From an uncultured Nitrososphaerota archaeon (GTDB taxonomy: Archaea; Thermoproteota; Nitrososphaeria; Conexivisphaerales; DTJL01): DNA of 64,000 nucleotides. Below, in pieces: positions 1 through 10,874 of the stretch (position 1 is its first letter; each line of letters starts with the position of its first letter). Location of the stretch: contig CAWJIE010000004.1 in assembly GCA_963842885.1 (NCBI GenBank), positions 32,001-96,000 of the forward strand. The letters are read 5' to 3'. The position numbers and the translations under genes are program-made. A model generated the notes under the pieces. The model was not told the origin of the DNA and searched no databases. It worked only from the letters and a program-made list of their open reading frames with translations.

Positions 1-20
1 GGGTCCGGGGTGTTGGGCAA

Positions 21-1307
21 GTGTTGAAGGTCGACGCCAAGAGTTCCAAGAGAGGGATCTTCCTCCCCATGGTCCCCTTCAACGCGGCGGTCTCGGCCAT
101 ATCGACGCTTGTCCCCCTTTCGATACTGGCGCTGGGGGGGTCGGTGATCGACGTCGGATTCGCGCTCGTCGCCTACAGCCTGGCGCTCGTGCCGGCGCCC
201 CTGAGTCTGGGGCTACGTGTGCGACGTGACGGGCTCAAGGAGGAAGGTGATGGTCCTCGCCGCGGTCTATCCTCCTCGCGTCCACGGTGACGATGTACCT
301 CTCCGACTCCATCATCACCATCGTCTTGGCCTTCGCCGCCATAGCCCACGCCACTGGGATGGTCAGCCCCGCGTCGAACCTGCTGGTCATCGAGAGCCTG
401 CCAAAGGCGGAATGGGACAGGGGATATGTCACCTTGTCCTGGTATTCGACGGTGGGGACGGTGCTCGGCCTGGCCGCCGGCATGGTCGTGGGAGCTCTTC
501 TTCCCCCTGACCACCTTCCTGCTCGCCTGCGCCGTCTTCGCAGCCGCTTCCTTGGCGGCGTCGGTCATCATGATCAGGGATCCACCGATGACGATAGAAA
601 GGAGGACCATCCTCGTCAACCCGCAGGCCTTCGTGGCCAGGCTGACGCAGCTCCCTCTTCTATTCGAGCGGCTCCCACGGCCCTCCGACTTCACCTCGGT
701 CATCAGGCTGGCCAGGGAGGAGCTCACGAGGGACATCCCAGTCATCATCCTTTCCTCAACGCTCTTCTCCTTGTCGTTGAACGTCTTCTACACCAGCTAC
801 ACGCCCTACCTGAAGGCGAACGAGCTCACGAACTGGGAGGTCTACCTGACGTCACTCTACGTGAACGGCATGAACGGCGTCGCCTCGAGGTTCGTCCTGG
901 GCAGGTTGAAGGGCTCGGTGACTCCGGTCATAGCCAGCGGTGCGCTGGCCGTACGGGCCATAGGGATGCTGCTGGCCGCCGTTCTGGCCATATTCGTCGT
1001 GGGGAAGGCCACCCTCTACTCGACGCTGCTGACCTACACCCTCCTGGGCCTGGCCTACACCATCATAACCGTGAACCTGAACTCTCTCTTCTACAAGGCG
1101 CTTCCCGCGGGACGCCAGGGCGGCCTCCTCGGCGTCTACAGCGCGTCCAACGGTGCAGCCCTCTTCCTGGGCTCTCTCGCCTCTGGGTACATGTCATATT
1201 ACCTGGGCTATCCCATCACCTTCTTCGTGGGCGGAATCCTGGTCTTCCTCTCGGCGGCGGTCCTGCAGGCCCACTTCGGAGGGGGCCCGCCGCCTTCCGA
1301 GGAATGA
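21..1307 (+). CDS. MFS transporter, interrupted by frameshifts
   Basis: Hydrophobic helices continue across ORFs 21-290, 217-510, 287- and 426-1307; MFS motif-A-like 'CDVTGSRRK'; indels probably assembly errors. Confidence 0.75.
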
Positions 1308-1308
1308 G

Positions 1309-1490
1309 CTATGGCGTGGGGTTGCCCCTTCCCGATGTAGTCGAGGGCCTTCTCGTCGTTGATGCTTGCGAACTCCCCGACGTAGTCTTCGAACTTCAGC
1401 GTCGTTCCGCAGCGCGGAGCATGCGAAGACCTGGGCGGCAGGGTCGAAGCTACCCTTCTCGCCGCAGCGCGGGCACTTCGCATCCATCAC
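1309..1490 (-). CDS. small Zn-ribbon protein (frameshifted)
   Basis: MDAKCPRCG...FACS joins CGTTLKFEDY in another frame giving two CxxC pairs; removing one C near the 3' end gives a stop at ~1309. Confidence 0.55.
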
Positions 1491-1535
1491 TCCATGCGAT
1501 GATGGCCTGCCTCAAATGCCTTCCCTGACAATCTG

Positions 1536-2396
1536 TCAAATCTCCCGCAGGTAGACGATGGAGGACCTGAATGCGGGCCGGAAGCCGTAGGCCTTGAGGC
1601 CTTCAACCGTGCCAGCGTGGTTCGGGCAGGACACATGAAGCCTTCGAGCGCCAGCCTTGGCCGCCGCCGACATGACGAAGGCAGCGAGGTCCGTGACCTC
1701 CGGCGTGTCGCCCATGACGAAGCAGGCCTTGGCCATCCTCCGCTCCTTCTTCCCGTCATGGACGATGGCCAGAGCCATGGTCGAGCCCCTACCCGACACC
1801 GCCACCATCCTCCTCTCCACCAGGTCGGTGAAGTCGTCGGCCTCCAGCGGGTACAAGGCCCAGTCGTATTCGTAGGAGCGGCCTCCCCTGTTGAACAGAT
1901 CGGAGGAGTCCGTCTGACTCCATATTCGAGAGGCGGTGGACGACGTGACCCAGCGGGAGGACTTCGAGTCGACCGGTGCCGGCTTCTTCCCATGGTAGAA
2001 TGCCCACCTCGTCTCTTCAGCGAACCCCTGGCTCACGGCCAGAGCCTTCGAGGCTTCGTTGTTCGATTCAATCAGCAGGCGGAGGGTCCGATGTCCCGAC
2101 TCCCGGAGGAACTCCATCGCCCTCTCCGTCATGGCGCGCCCGACTCCCATGCGGCGGTGGCTGGGGCGGACGCGCAGTCCCTCCAACCAAGCCCTGCCGT
2201 GGTTCATCAGGCGCGCATGGAGGATGCCGACCGGCCTTCCTTCGGCCTCCGCGACCAAGAGGAGCGAGTCAGGTCCTTTCAGCCAGACGTCGAAGACTTC
2301 GTCTATGTAGTCCCCCCAGTCGAACGTCCCTACGCAGAATGAGAGGACCTCATCGCGGTCATCCTCCCGGGCCTTGCGAACGACGATGCCTTCCAA
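1536..2396 (-). CDS. GNAT family N-acetyltransferase
   Basis: LRVRPSHRRMGVG acetyl-CoA motif A; N..S..L...GF motif B. Confidence 0.85.
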   Translation of the reverse strand: MEGIVVRKAREDDRDEVLSFCVGTFDWGDYIDEVFDVWLKGPDSLLLVAEAEGRPVGILHARLMNHGRAWLEGLRVRPSHRRMGVGRAMTERAMEFLRESGHRTLRLLIESNNEASKALAVSQGFAEETRWAFYHGKKPAPVDSKSSRWVTSSTASRIWSQTDSSDLFNRGGRSYEYDWALYPLEADDFTDLVERRMVAVSGRGSTMALAIVHDGKKERRMAKACFVMGDTPEVTDLAAFVMSAAAKAGARRLHVSCPNHAGTVEGLKAYGFRPAFRSSIVYLREI

Positions 2397-2449
2397 AGTC
2401 TAGCCTTCTTCTCCCTGTCCGTTGGCGTATAAGCCTAGCGCATCGGGTC

Positions 2450-2887
2450 CTAGGGGACTTCGGCCCTGCAGTCCTGGCAATACCCATAGACCATGTACTG
2501 CTGGTCGACGATGTGGAAGCGATGCTTCCCGGCCTTCTCCTTCGCGACACCGGCCATAACCTCGTCATCGACGTCGATGACCTTGCTGCAGTTCAAGCAG
2601 ATCAGGTTGATGTGCTGTGAAGCGTTGGAATCATAACGCACCACCTCTCTGGTGTTGACGGCCTGCACCACCCCCGCCCGGACAAGGGTGTCCAAAGTGG
2701 AGTAGACGGTCGCCAGGCTGATCGTTGGGTATTCGGGCCTGATCTTCAGATAGACCTCCTCTGCCGTCGGATGGGCGTCTGTGTCTAGGACGCATTTGGC
2801 GATGGCCATCCTCTGAGGGGTCAGCCTGAGGCCCAGCTTTCGTAGCCTTGCGTAGGCTTCGTCGACCCTTCCATCAGCCATCTCCAT
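2450..2887 (-). CDS. fur: Fur/PerR family transcriptional regulator
   Basis: LRLTPQR, HPTAEE, SLATVY, two CxxC pairs (CLNC, CQDC). Confidence 0.92.
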   Translation of the reverse strand: MEMADGRVDEAYARLRKLGLRLTPQRMAIAKCVLDTDAHPTAEEVYLKIRPEYPTISLATVYSTLDTLVRAGVVQAVNTREVVRYDSNASQHINLICLNCSKVIDVDDEVMAGVAKEKAGKHRFHIVDQQYMVYGYCQDCRAEVP

Positions 2888-2944
2888 GCCCGAACGAACT
2901 ATGCGGGCGCAGCCTCCATAATATACTTGCCTTGGATTCTCATG

Positions 2945-2960
2945 TAATATTCATTATAAA
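2945..2960 (+). promoter_or_regulatory. TATA box overlapped by TAAT-N4-ATTA inverted repeat, divergent from fur
   Basis: ttataaa at 2954-2960; taatattcatta at 2945-2956. Confidence 0.4.
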
Positions 2961-3206
2961 CTGGCAGGACCGTTCAAGCTGTCCAAGATGTAGAACGGCG
3001 GTCCCGGCGCCATTCTAGGGGGTAGAGCTATCCGCGCCTCCAGACCAGTGCAATGCAAGGCCGTTCGGAGTCGACGGAGGGCATCGGCATGCTCCCCGTC
3101 GGACGGACGGGCCTCAGATACGAAGTAGCCAATAGAAGCCTCGGCGGTGGCCGCCTCGAGCGGCTCCGCCGCATCTTTTTAAATGCAGCAGCTGGAAGAA
3201 TGCAAG

Positions 3207-4517
3207 ATGCAGTCTCCCAAGGAGAGATTCAGGTTCGCCCATCTGTCCGACGTCCATGTCGGGGCATGGAGAGAGGCCAGGCTCGCGAAGGTCAGCATGG
3301 CGGCCTTCGAATGGATGCTCGAACGCTGCCTGAAGGAGGAGGTCGACTTCATCGTGATCTCCGGCGACCTCTTCGACAGCAACATACCCGATCTGCAGGC
3401 CGTCAGGGAGGCGGCGGAGGCCATGAGGAGGGTGAAGGACCGCGGTGTGAGGATCTACGTCACCTACGGCTCTCACGACTACAGCGTCAGCGCCACCTCC
3501 ATCATAGACGTCCTGGACGGGGCAGGGCTCTTCACCAAGGTGGTGAAGCTGGAGTCGTCGCCGGAGGAGGGAGACAGGATACGGCTGGGTTTCGTGACCG
3601 ACGAGCCCACCGGCGCCAAGCTCGCCGGGCTGTACGGTCGCAAGAACGGGCTCGAGTCGGAGTACTACGCCCTCCTGGATCGCTCGCCTCTCGAGCGCGA
3701 GAAGGGCTTCAAGGTGTTCGTGTTCCACAGCGCCATCGACGAGCTTCGTCCTCCGGGCTACACATACGGCCAGAGCATCCCCCTGTCCCTCTTCCCGAAG
3801 GGATTCGACTACTATGCTGGCGGCCATGTGCACTCCACCATCCTGAAGGAGGTGCCGAGGTACGGATATATCGCATTCCCGGGCCCCCTCTTCGGCCACG
3901 GGTTCGGAGACCTGGAGGAGATCGCAAAGGGCACGAAGAGGGGGTTCTTCTTGGTGGACTTCAAGGAGAAGGTGGAGAAGGTCTCCTTCGTCCAGGTCCC
4001 GCTCCCCGAGGTCGTCTTCGAAAGCATCGACGCCGACGGGAAGTCGGCCACTTACGTGACCAAGGGCCTGGAGAAGCTGGCAGGGGGGATGGAGTGCGAG
4101 GACAAGATCGTGCTGCTGAAGGTCAGCGGGAGGCTCTCGTCGGGCAGGACGTCGGAGGTTCCGTTCGACGAAATCAGGAAGGAGATCGAGAGGAAGGGAG
4201 CGATCATGGTGAGGATTAACCGGGCCGGCCTGACCAGTGCCGAGATGTCTCCAGGCCGACTTAGCGGGAAGACGAAGGAGGAGATAGAGGAGAGCATGTT
4301 GAAGGAGGCCCTCTCTTCATACTCCGTCGACCCTGCCATCGACCCGGGCGTGCGGGCCCGCATCGCCGAGAGGCTCGCTGGCGGCGCCGGGTTGCGCACG
4401 GCGAAGAAGCTCCTGAGCTCGCTGGAACAGGAAGCCAGAGACAACGAAAGGAAGGAGGACTTCCGAGGCAGGATGATCAAGGAGGCCAAGGAGGCCCTGG
4501 GGATGGAGGCGGACTGA
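3207..4517 (+). CDS. mre11: Mre11 DNA double-strand break repair nuclease
   Basis: Phosphoesterase motifs SDVH, GDLFD, GSHD, FH, GHVH; directly upstream of Rad50; TATA tttttaaa at 3176-3183 favours ATG 3207. Confidence 0.92.
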   Translation: MQSPKERFRFAHLSDVHVGAWREARLAKVSMAAFEWMLERCLKEEVDFIVISGDLFDSNIPDLQAVREAAEAMRRVKDRGVRIYVTYGSHDYSVSATSIIDVLDGAGLFTKVVKLESSPEEGDRIRLGFVTDEPTGAKLAGLYGRKNGLESEYYALLDRSPLEREKGFKVFVFHSAIDELRPPGYTYGQSIPLSLFPKGFDYYAGGHVHSTILKEVPRYGYIAFPGPLFGHGFGDLEEIAKGTKRGFFLVDFKEKVEKVSFVQVPLPEVVFESIDADGKSATYVTKGLEKLAGGMECEDKIVLLKVSGRLSSGRTSEVPFDEIRKEIERKGAIMVRINRAGLTSAEMSPGRLSGKTKEEIEESMLKEALSSYSVDPAIDPGVRARIAERLAGGAGLRTAKKLLSSLEQEARDNERKEDFRGRMIKEAKEALGMEAD

Positions 4518-7108
4518 TTGCTCCTCACCGGGATCGCCCTGAGGAACATCCGAAGCTACGGGGACGCGGAGACCTCCATCGAGCTCCGTCCGGGCCTCAC
4601 CCTTTTCGAGGGGGACATCGGCAGCGGGAAGTCCACCATCCTGACGGCGGTCGAGTTCGGGCTCTTCGGCCTGGGAGACTTGGAAGCGAAGCACCTGTTG
4701 AGGCACGGCGCCAAGAAGGGGAGCGTCAGGGTGACCTTCGAAGTCGGAGGAAGGAGATATGTCGTCAGCAGGACGCTGGCGAAGTCGGGGAGGGGGATAC
4801 AGCAGGAGGACTGCAGGCTTGAGGGCGAGGGAGTCAGCGGCTCCTATTCTCCCTCTGAGCTGAAGCCCAAGGTGCTCGAGATACTGGGCTTCAACGAGAA
4901 GCCCGACACGAAATCCACTTCACGCATCTTCCGATATGCCGTCTACACGCCCCAGGAGTCGATGAAGGAGGTCCTCTCGATGGGAGAAGGGCAGCGCCTG
5001 GACACGCTGAGGAGGGCATTCGGCATCGAGCGGTATAGCTGGGTCGTGACCAACGCCGAGGACGCGGTCACGCGAGAGTGGCTGAACAGGCGTCTGGACG
5101 CCCTGGCCGAAGGGGTGGCGGAGCTGCCAAGGAAGAGGGCGGAAATGGAATCCCAGAGGAAGGCCTCTCTGGACCTCCAGGAGGGCCTCGAAAGGCTCAC
5201 GAAAGAGGAGGCCGAGGCGTCGCTCGCCCACAGCCGCCTCGTGGACAAGATAGAGGGATTGGGGCCAAAGAAGCTGACCGTCGCCGGGCTCCGGCGCGAG
5301 ATACCTCTGATCGAGCGGGAGCTCAGGGAGACAGCCGTGCGCCTCGCTCGCATCGGCGACGACGAAAGGTCGACCGAGGCCGGCCTGAAAGAGGCGACAG
5401 AGGCGGGAGGCGCCCTCGAGGCTCTGCGCCCGGACCACGAAGAGTACATCTCCAAGAAGGGAAGGCTCCTCGAGCTGGAATCCTACAGCGAGGAGAAGGT
5501 GGAACTCAGCGGGAAGGCGCAGAAGATCAAGGGCCGCATCGAAATTGAGAGGAGGGTCCTCGAAAAGGAGGTGGCGGACCTTGAGAAGGAAGTCGCGGGA
5601 GCCAAGGAGGTATCCGATCGCATCGACGCCGTCGGCGCGCTGATCCTCTCCCTCCAGAGAAGGAGAGAGGAGCTCTCGGCTGAAGTGAACGCCCTCGAAC
5701 GGGCTGAGTCAGAGCTCAAGGAACTCGAGATGCGTGCGGCCCATCTTGAAGCCGACAAGAAGGCCAGAGAGAGGGACATCGTCAAGGCGGAGGAGGAGTG
5801 GGCGAAGATCGAGCTCATCGGGGTGGGGGCGCCCTGCCCCCTCTGCAGGCAGACGCTCACGGACGACCACTACCACGACGTCCACGACGAGTACTCCTCG
5901 AGGCTCAGCTCTCTGAGGGCCGAGCTGGAGCCCATATCGAGCGAGCTCGGGTCCATCCTCCTGGAGGTAGAAGCAGGAGAGAAGAGGCGTGCGTCGCTGC
6001 AGCAGCTGAGGGACGAAGCCAGCGAAGTGGGAGTGATGATTGGCACGGAGGAGAACGAACTCAAGGAGCTGAAGAAGGGGCTATCCTTGATGGAGGGAGC
6101 TGCCGGAAGGCTCGCGGCCAAGAGGGAGCTGCTCGCCAGCGAGGGATACGCATCCGGCCGAGAGGGCCGCGCTCCTGGAGGCTCGAGGCCCAGCTGGCGG
6201 CCCTCGGACCCAAGGTGGAGCTCTTCAACGAATTCAAGAAGAGGATCGCCGAGCTGGAGGAGAGGGGCGTCGAGGCGGAGTTCATCCATCTCAGGGAGGT
6301 GGCGAAGAGGAAGCCGGAGCTGGAGGGAAGGCTCGCCAAGTTGAGGGATGAGAAGGAGGAGGCCGTGAAGCGGAAGGCCGAGAAGGAGGAGGACCTCAGG
6401 ACGAAATCCGCCCAGATTCGCGAGGAAGAGCCCTTCCTCGCTCAGCTCGAAGAGGCGGAGGAGAATCGCAGGGCGGCCGAAGAAAGGATGAACGACGTGG
6501 GAAGAAGGCTCGCCGCGGCGCGCTCAAAGCTTGAGGAGGCCGAGAAGAGGATGGACTCTCTGAGGCAGGAGATCGATTCGATGGAGGAGAAGGAGAGGGA
6601 GAAGGCGACGCTGGAGCAGACGAAGAGATGGCTCAAGGAGCTCTTCGTGCCGTCGGTGTCTGCGATAGAGAAGGAGGTGCTGGCGGCCATCAACGAACAG
6701 TTCGACCTTCGCTTCCAGCAGTGGTTTTCGGAGCTCATGGAGGCAGGCGACATTTCGGTGCGGATCGACGAATCCTTTTCGCCCGTCGTCGAGCAGGACG
6801 GCTACGAAATAGACGCCGCTTCGCTGAGCGGCGGGGAGAGGACGTCGCTGGCCCTGGCCTATCGTCTCGCGCTGAACACGATGGTGAAGCAGCAGAGCTC
6901 CTCGGAGAGCGGGCTTCTGATCCTTGACGAGCCCACCGACGGCTTCAGCTCCGCCCAGCTGCTGCGGCTAAGGGACGTCCTGCAGGAGACGGGCTGCGAG
7001 CAAATCATAATGGTGTCGCATGAGAAGGAGCTGGAGAGCTTCGTGGACGACATATACGAAGTGTCCAAGCCGGGCGGGGAATCGGTGATAGGGAAGATCT
7101 CGAGGTAG
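4518..7108 (+). CDS. rad50: Rad50 SMC-like ATPase (frameshifted near 6150-6185)
   Basis: Walker A GDIGSGKS, coiled coil, Zn-hook CPLC, signature LSGGE, Walker B ILDEPT, H-loop VSH; two extra bases restore the frame. Confidence 0.92.
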
Positions 7109-7119
7109 ATGGAGGCCAG

Positions 7120-7602
7120 ATGCTGGGACCCGACGACCTGAGAAGGTACCTCCAGGAGAGGAAGATCGACGGGAAGCTCATCCCCGTCGCCGAGGGACAC
7201 ACCTCAGGGAAGGCCGCCGATTCCCTGGACATCCACTTGGAGGAAGTGGCGAAGACCATCGTTTTCGTGGACCGGGGAGGAAGTCCCGTCATTGTCATCG
7301 TCGGAGGGGCCGTGCGGGTAAGACAGAACGAGTTCTCGAGGAAGGTGGGCGCGACGAAGCTCAGGCTCGCGACGCAAGACGAAGTGCTGAGGTTCACAGG
7401 TTTCCCGGCCGGGGGGGTGAGCCCCATCGCCAACCTCTGCAAGGAAAGGGTCTACATGGACGAGCTCCTCATGGGCATGGAGTACGTCTATGCGGGAGGC
7501 GGGTCCGATGAGTACATCCTGAAGATACGACCCGCCGACATCCTGAAGGAGTCCGGAGCCCATCTCATCGAAGTCCCGGTACAGCCGATCGTCGACGGCT
7601 AG
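7120..7602 (+). CDS. ybaK: YbaK/EbsC aminoacyl-tRNA deacylase family
   Basis: VAKTIVF, TGFPAGGVSP, YAGGG motifs; GGAGG RBS. Confidence 0.85.
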   Translation: MLGPDDLRRYLQERKIDGKLIPVAEGHTSGKAADSLDIHLEEVAKTIVFVDRGGSPVIVIVGGAVRVRQNEFSRKVGATKLRLATQDEVLRFTGFPAGGVSPIANLCKERVYMDELLMGMEYVYAGGGSDEYILKIRPADILKESGAHLIEVPVQPIVDG

Positions 7603-7643
7603 GTCTTGACCCGCATCCTTTGGCGGGGCATCCGGCTGAGCTA

Positions 7644-8818
7644 TCACCTGCGCAGCATCCTGTGCTGGACCGCTACGAAGGCGGGGATCACCAGGGAGAC
7701 GACGCAGCAGAGCAGGTAAGGCGTCGACAGGCTGACCGCCGAAAGGTATCCCCCCACGATGGGGCCGACGACGACCCCGATGCCGTAGAAGGCCTCCAGC
7801 CCACCCACGGCGGCACCCAGCCCCTCCTGCTTCGCCTCGTTGGAGACGATCACGAGGGTGACAGGGAAGAATACGCCGAAGCCATAGCCAGATACCAGGA
7901 GCAGGGCCGCCATGGCGGGGAGGCTGGCGGATCGGAAGATTCCCACGAGGGAGCACCCGGCGAACATGAAGGCGACGGACAGATAGAGCGCCCCCCTGGG
8001 AAGGAGCCTGGTTGAGCTTGTCGACGCTGACGAAGGCCGCTATCCTCGCCAGGCCGAAGACGGAGAAGAGGAGGCCTATCGTGGTGTTGTCGAAGCTGAA
8101 TGCCCCGAGGTAGCCCGGGAAGAGGGCGACTATTATGCCGAAGATGACTCCGTATGCGAGGACGGCCGCGTAGGCGGGCGATAGGGAGCGGCTAGGCAGG
8201 ATCAGGCGTGGCTGGGAAGGTATGCCCCGAGGCCTGTAGGACCTGCCAAGGGTGAGCAACGTGAAGCCAATCGTGAAGAGGAGCACCAATGAGGCGATGG
8301 CGAAGAGCGAGAAGTACCCGCCCCAGGCCACGATGGGGCCCCCGATCCCCGGCCCCACGAGGAAGCCCAGGGCCCACGAGACGCTGTACCACCCCATGGC
8401 CGAGACCCGCCTGTCGCTCTCCACGGACTCGGCCACCATGGCCTCCGTGATCGGCCAGAGGAGGGAGTAGCCCAGGCTCGCCAGCAGCTGCGTCATGATG
8501 ACGTACGGAACGGTCTTCGCCGACCACCAGGAGCGCCGTGGAGGCCAGGTTGACGGCGATGCCGAAGGTGTAGAGCTGGCGACGAATCCCCCTGTCCGAA
8601 ATGTACCCGAGCACGAAGGGCAGGAAGGCGTAGAGCACCGACTTCGCGGAGCCGGCAAGCCCGACGTCCAGCATGGAGCCTCCGATGGACTGAATGTAGG
8701 TCGGGATGAAATAGGCGGTCAGGCCGAGGCCCAGGGACGACAGGAACACCGAGGCGTCCAAGAAGAAGAGTCCGTTCTTGCCCCGAAACACCCCAGCATC
8801 CTCACTCGTGTGCACCAT
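7644..8818 (-). CDS. MFS transporter, interrupted by frameshifts
   Basis: GYISDRGIRR motif A; GFLVGPGIGG; TM helices spread over ORFs 8192-8818, 7204-8658 and 7644-7967. Confidence 0.8.
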
Positions 8819-8843
8819 GCAACGCTGAAGAGGATATTAAAGG

Positions 8844-9470
8844 CTACAACCCGAGGGCGCGTCTGATTACGGAGTGGCGCTCGTGCTTCCCCCAGGACTT
8901 GAAACGCTCCTCCTCCCAGATGTCCCCGCGCTCATGATAACCCCTGGCCTCCCAGTAGCCGTCCTGGTACTCCGCGAGGAGCCGGATCTCCGTGAGCCAT
9001 TTCGCCGACTTCCAGAAGTAGATGTGCGGCATGAAGGGTCTTGCTGGGAATCCCATCTCAAGGCTGATGGGCTGGCCGTTCAGGGTGAGCGCGACGAGGG
9101 CGTCTTCGACCATGCCATCCTCCAAAGGGATGGGGGTGTCGTAGCCGTCGAGCGACGTGAACATGATGTACTTCGCCTCCGGCTTCAAGCCAGCCTCCCT
9201 GAGCAGCGCTGGAAGGGAGGGGCCCCTCCAGACCGTGTCAGCCACGCTCCATCCGGTGACGCAGTGGGTCGACTTGGCCACGGTGACCTGGGGAAGCGCC
9301 TTGAGCTGGTCGTAGGTGAACTCCAGGGGCCGTTCTACGAGACCAGTAATCCGAAGCTTGTACGACGAGACGTCGACTTCGGGGATGCCCATCGCCCCAT
9401 AGAAGATGAACTGCTTGATGTACTTCTGGTTGGGCGGGGTCTTGGAGGGCGTTCCGCCAGGTCCTGACAT
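8844..9470 (-). CDS. sulfite oxidase-like molybdopterin-binding oxidoreductase (YuiH-like)
   Basis: HCVTGWS, GFPAR, YFWKSAKWL, GYWEARGYH. Confidence 0.88.
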   Translation of the reverse strand: MSGPGGTPSKTPPNQKYIKQFIFYGAMGIPEVDVSSYKLRITGLVERPLEFTYDQLKALPQVTVAKSTHCVTGWSVADTVWRGPSLPALLREAGLKPEAKYIMFTSLDGYDTPIPLEDGMVEDALVALTLNGQPISLEMGFPARPFMPHIYFWKSAKWLTEIRLLAEYQDGYWEARGYHERGDIWEEERFKSWGKHERHSVIRRALGL

Positions 9471-9603
9471 CTGGTGCCGGGACGGGTTCCGCACATATAA
9501 CGATATGGCAACTTTGTCCGCGGCGAGTGAAATACAGACGCTGGGGAATATGAAGGGCGCGTGAAGCTCCTGGTCCACGGGCGCCACCCTAAATCATTAA
9601 GTA

Positions 9604-10122
9604 GTGCATGAGGGGACAGCTAATCAACCAGGCGGGCGCTACCAGTTGTCCGACACTACACCACAGCCGAGCAAGAGGCATATCGAATGGTTGGAGTTCG
9701 GAAGGCTGTGCGAGAAGCTCGCCGGCTCCGTCAAGGGAAGCGACAGCAAGGTGGACCTCGTCGTGGGCATCGCCCGCGGGGGGATCCCTCCCGCCATGGT
9801 GGTGGCCGACAGGCTTCGGGTGCCCATTGACTTCATAAACGTGAAGTCCTACACCGGCGTCCAGCAGCGAGGCCGGGTCAAGATCATCTCCACCCTCTTC
9901 GAAGACGCCACCAAGAAGCATGTCCTCGTCGTCGACGACCTGGTGGACCAGGGGGAGACCATGGACACCATCCTGGCGTTCCTGGAGGAGAAGTACCACC
10001 CAAGCAAGGTGATGACGGCGGCCCTGTTCATCAAGCCATGGAGCAGGTTCCGACCTGACTTCTTCGTCGACACCACCGACGCGTGGATCGTCTTCCCATG
10101 GGAGCATGGGGAGTTCGGTTGA
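9604..10122 (+). CDS. purine phosphoribosyltransferase
   Basis: VGIARGG, VLVVDDLVDQGET PRPP loop, WIVFPWE. Confidence 0.88.
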   Translation: MHEGTANQPGGRYQLSDTTPQPSKRHIEWLEFGRLCEKLAGSVKGSDSKVDLVVGIARGGIPPAMVVADRLRVPIDFINVKSYTGVQQRGRVKIISTLFEDATKKHVLVVDDLVDQGETMDTILAFLEEKYHPSKVMTAALFIKPWSRFRPDFFVDTTDAWIVFPWEHGEFG

Positions 10123-10225
10123 AGCATGGTAGCGCATGTTGACCTTTTGATGCATCACATTTCGGCGACTTGCAGTTAAACGATAAAAGGGGGTTCTCTA
10201 AACGTGCCGATGACGGCGCTGGGAG

Positions 10226-10570
10226 TTGAGCAAGTTGCCAGACAAACAGGATGAGTCGACCTTCGCGATGGACGTGAGGACTGACATGCACCGCTACAGG
10301 GACGCTCTAGTGGGCATACTACGGGACGTATACATGGCCAGGCCGGAGATGGCCCCGAGGGTCCATAGTCTAATCTACAGGTGCGACGGGGTCATAGCGC
10401 TGACCAACAGGCTCGAATCCAACAGCATCGGAATCGGCGAAGCCAAGGAGCTCATAGGGAAGAAGGTGAGCGAACTGATGCAGCTCACCGAGGACTTCCT
10501 AGAGGACCTCTCGGAGACCATGGAGGACGGCAACAAGAGGGAGTCCTACTTCGAAGGGGCGGCTTCATAG
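10226..10570 (+). CDS. hypothetical helical protein
   Basis: Fills intergenic gap with protein-like composition; no motif recognised. Confidence 0.55.
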   Translation: MSKLPDKQDESTFAMDVRTDMHRYRDALVGILRDVYMARPEMAPRVHSLIYRCDGVIALTNRLESNSIGIGEAKELIGKKVSELMQLTEDFLEDLSETMEDGNKRESYFEGAAS

Positions 10571-10575
10571 CGGCA

Positions 10576-10863
10576 TCAGTACACGTTCTTCACGAAATCC
10601 AGCCAGCCGTCGAGAGACTCGACGCTGACCTCAGATTCCTCGTCATCCTCTATCACAGTCAGCTTGACCATCTTCACGATGTCCCCCTTCTTCTCGCACA
10701 AGACGCGCATGTACGTCGGGGGGCCCAGCTTCCCCCTGGCCGATGGGGAGGCGGGAGAGAAGGTGATGAGGATCTCCTTTTCGTCTTCTCGCACGGCATA
10801 TTCGTTCCTGTTGTCGTCTAGGAACTTCTTCAGAACCGCGTATTCCAGGGAGCGGGTGCTCAT
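10576..10863 (-). CDS. hypothetical protein
   Basis: MSTRSLEYAVLKKFL..., directly downstream of the OFOR beta gene. Confidence 0.6.
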   Translation of the reverse strand: MSTRSLEYAVLKKFLDDNRNEYAVREDEKEILITFSPASPSARGKLGPPTYMRVLCEKKGDIVKMVKLTVIEDDEESEVSVESLDGWLDFVKNVY

Positions 10864-10874
10864 GCGGTTCCCTA

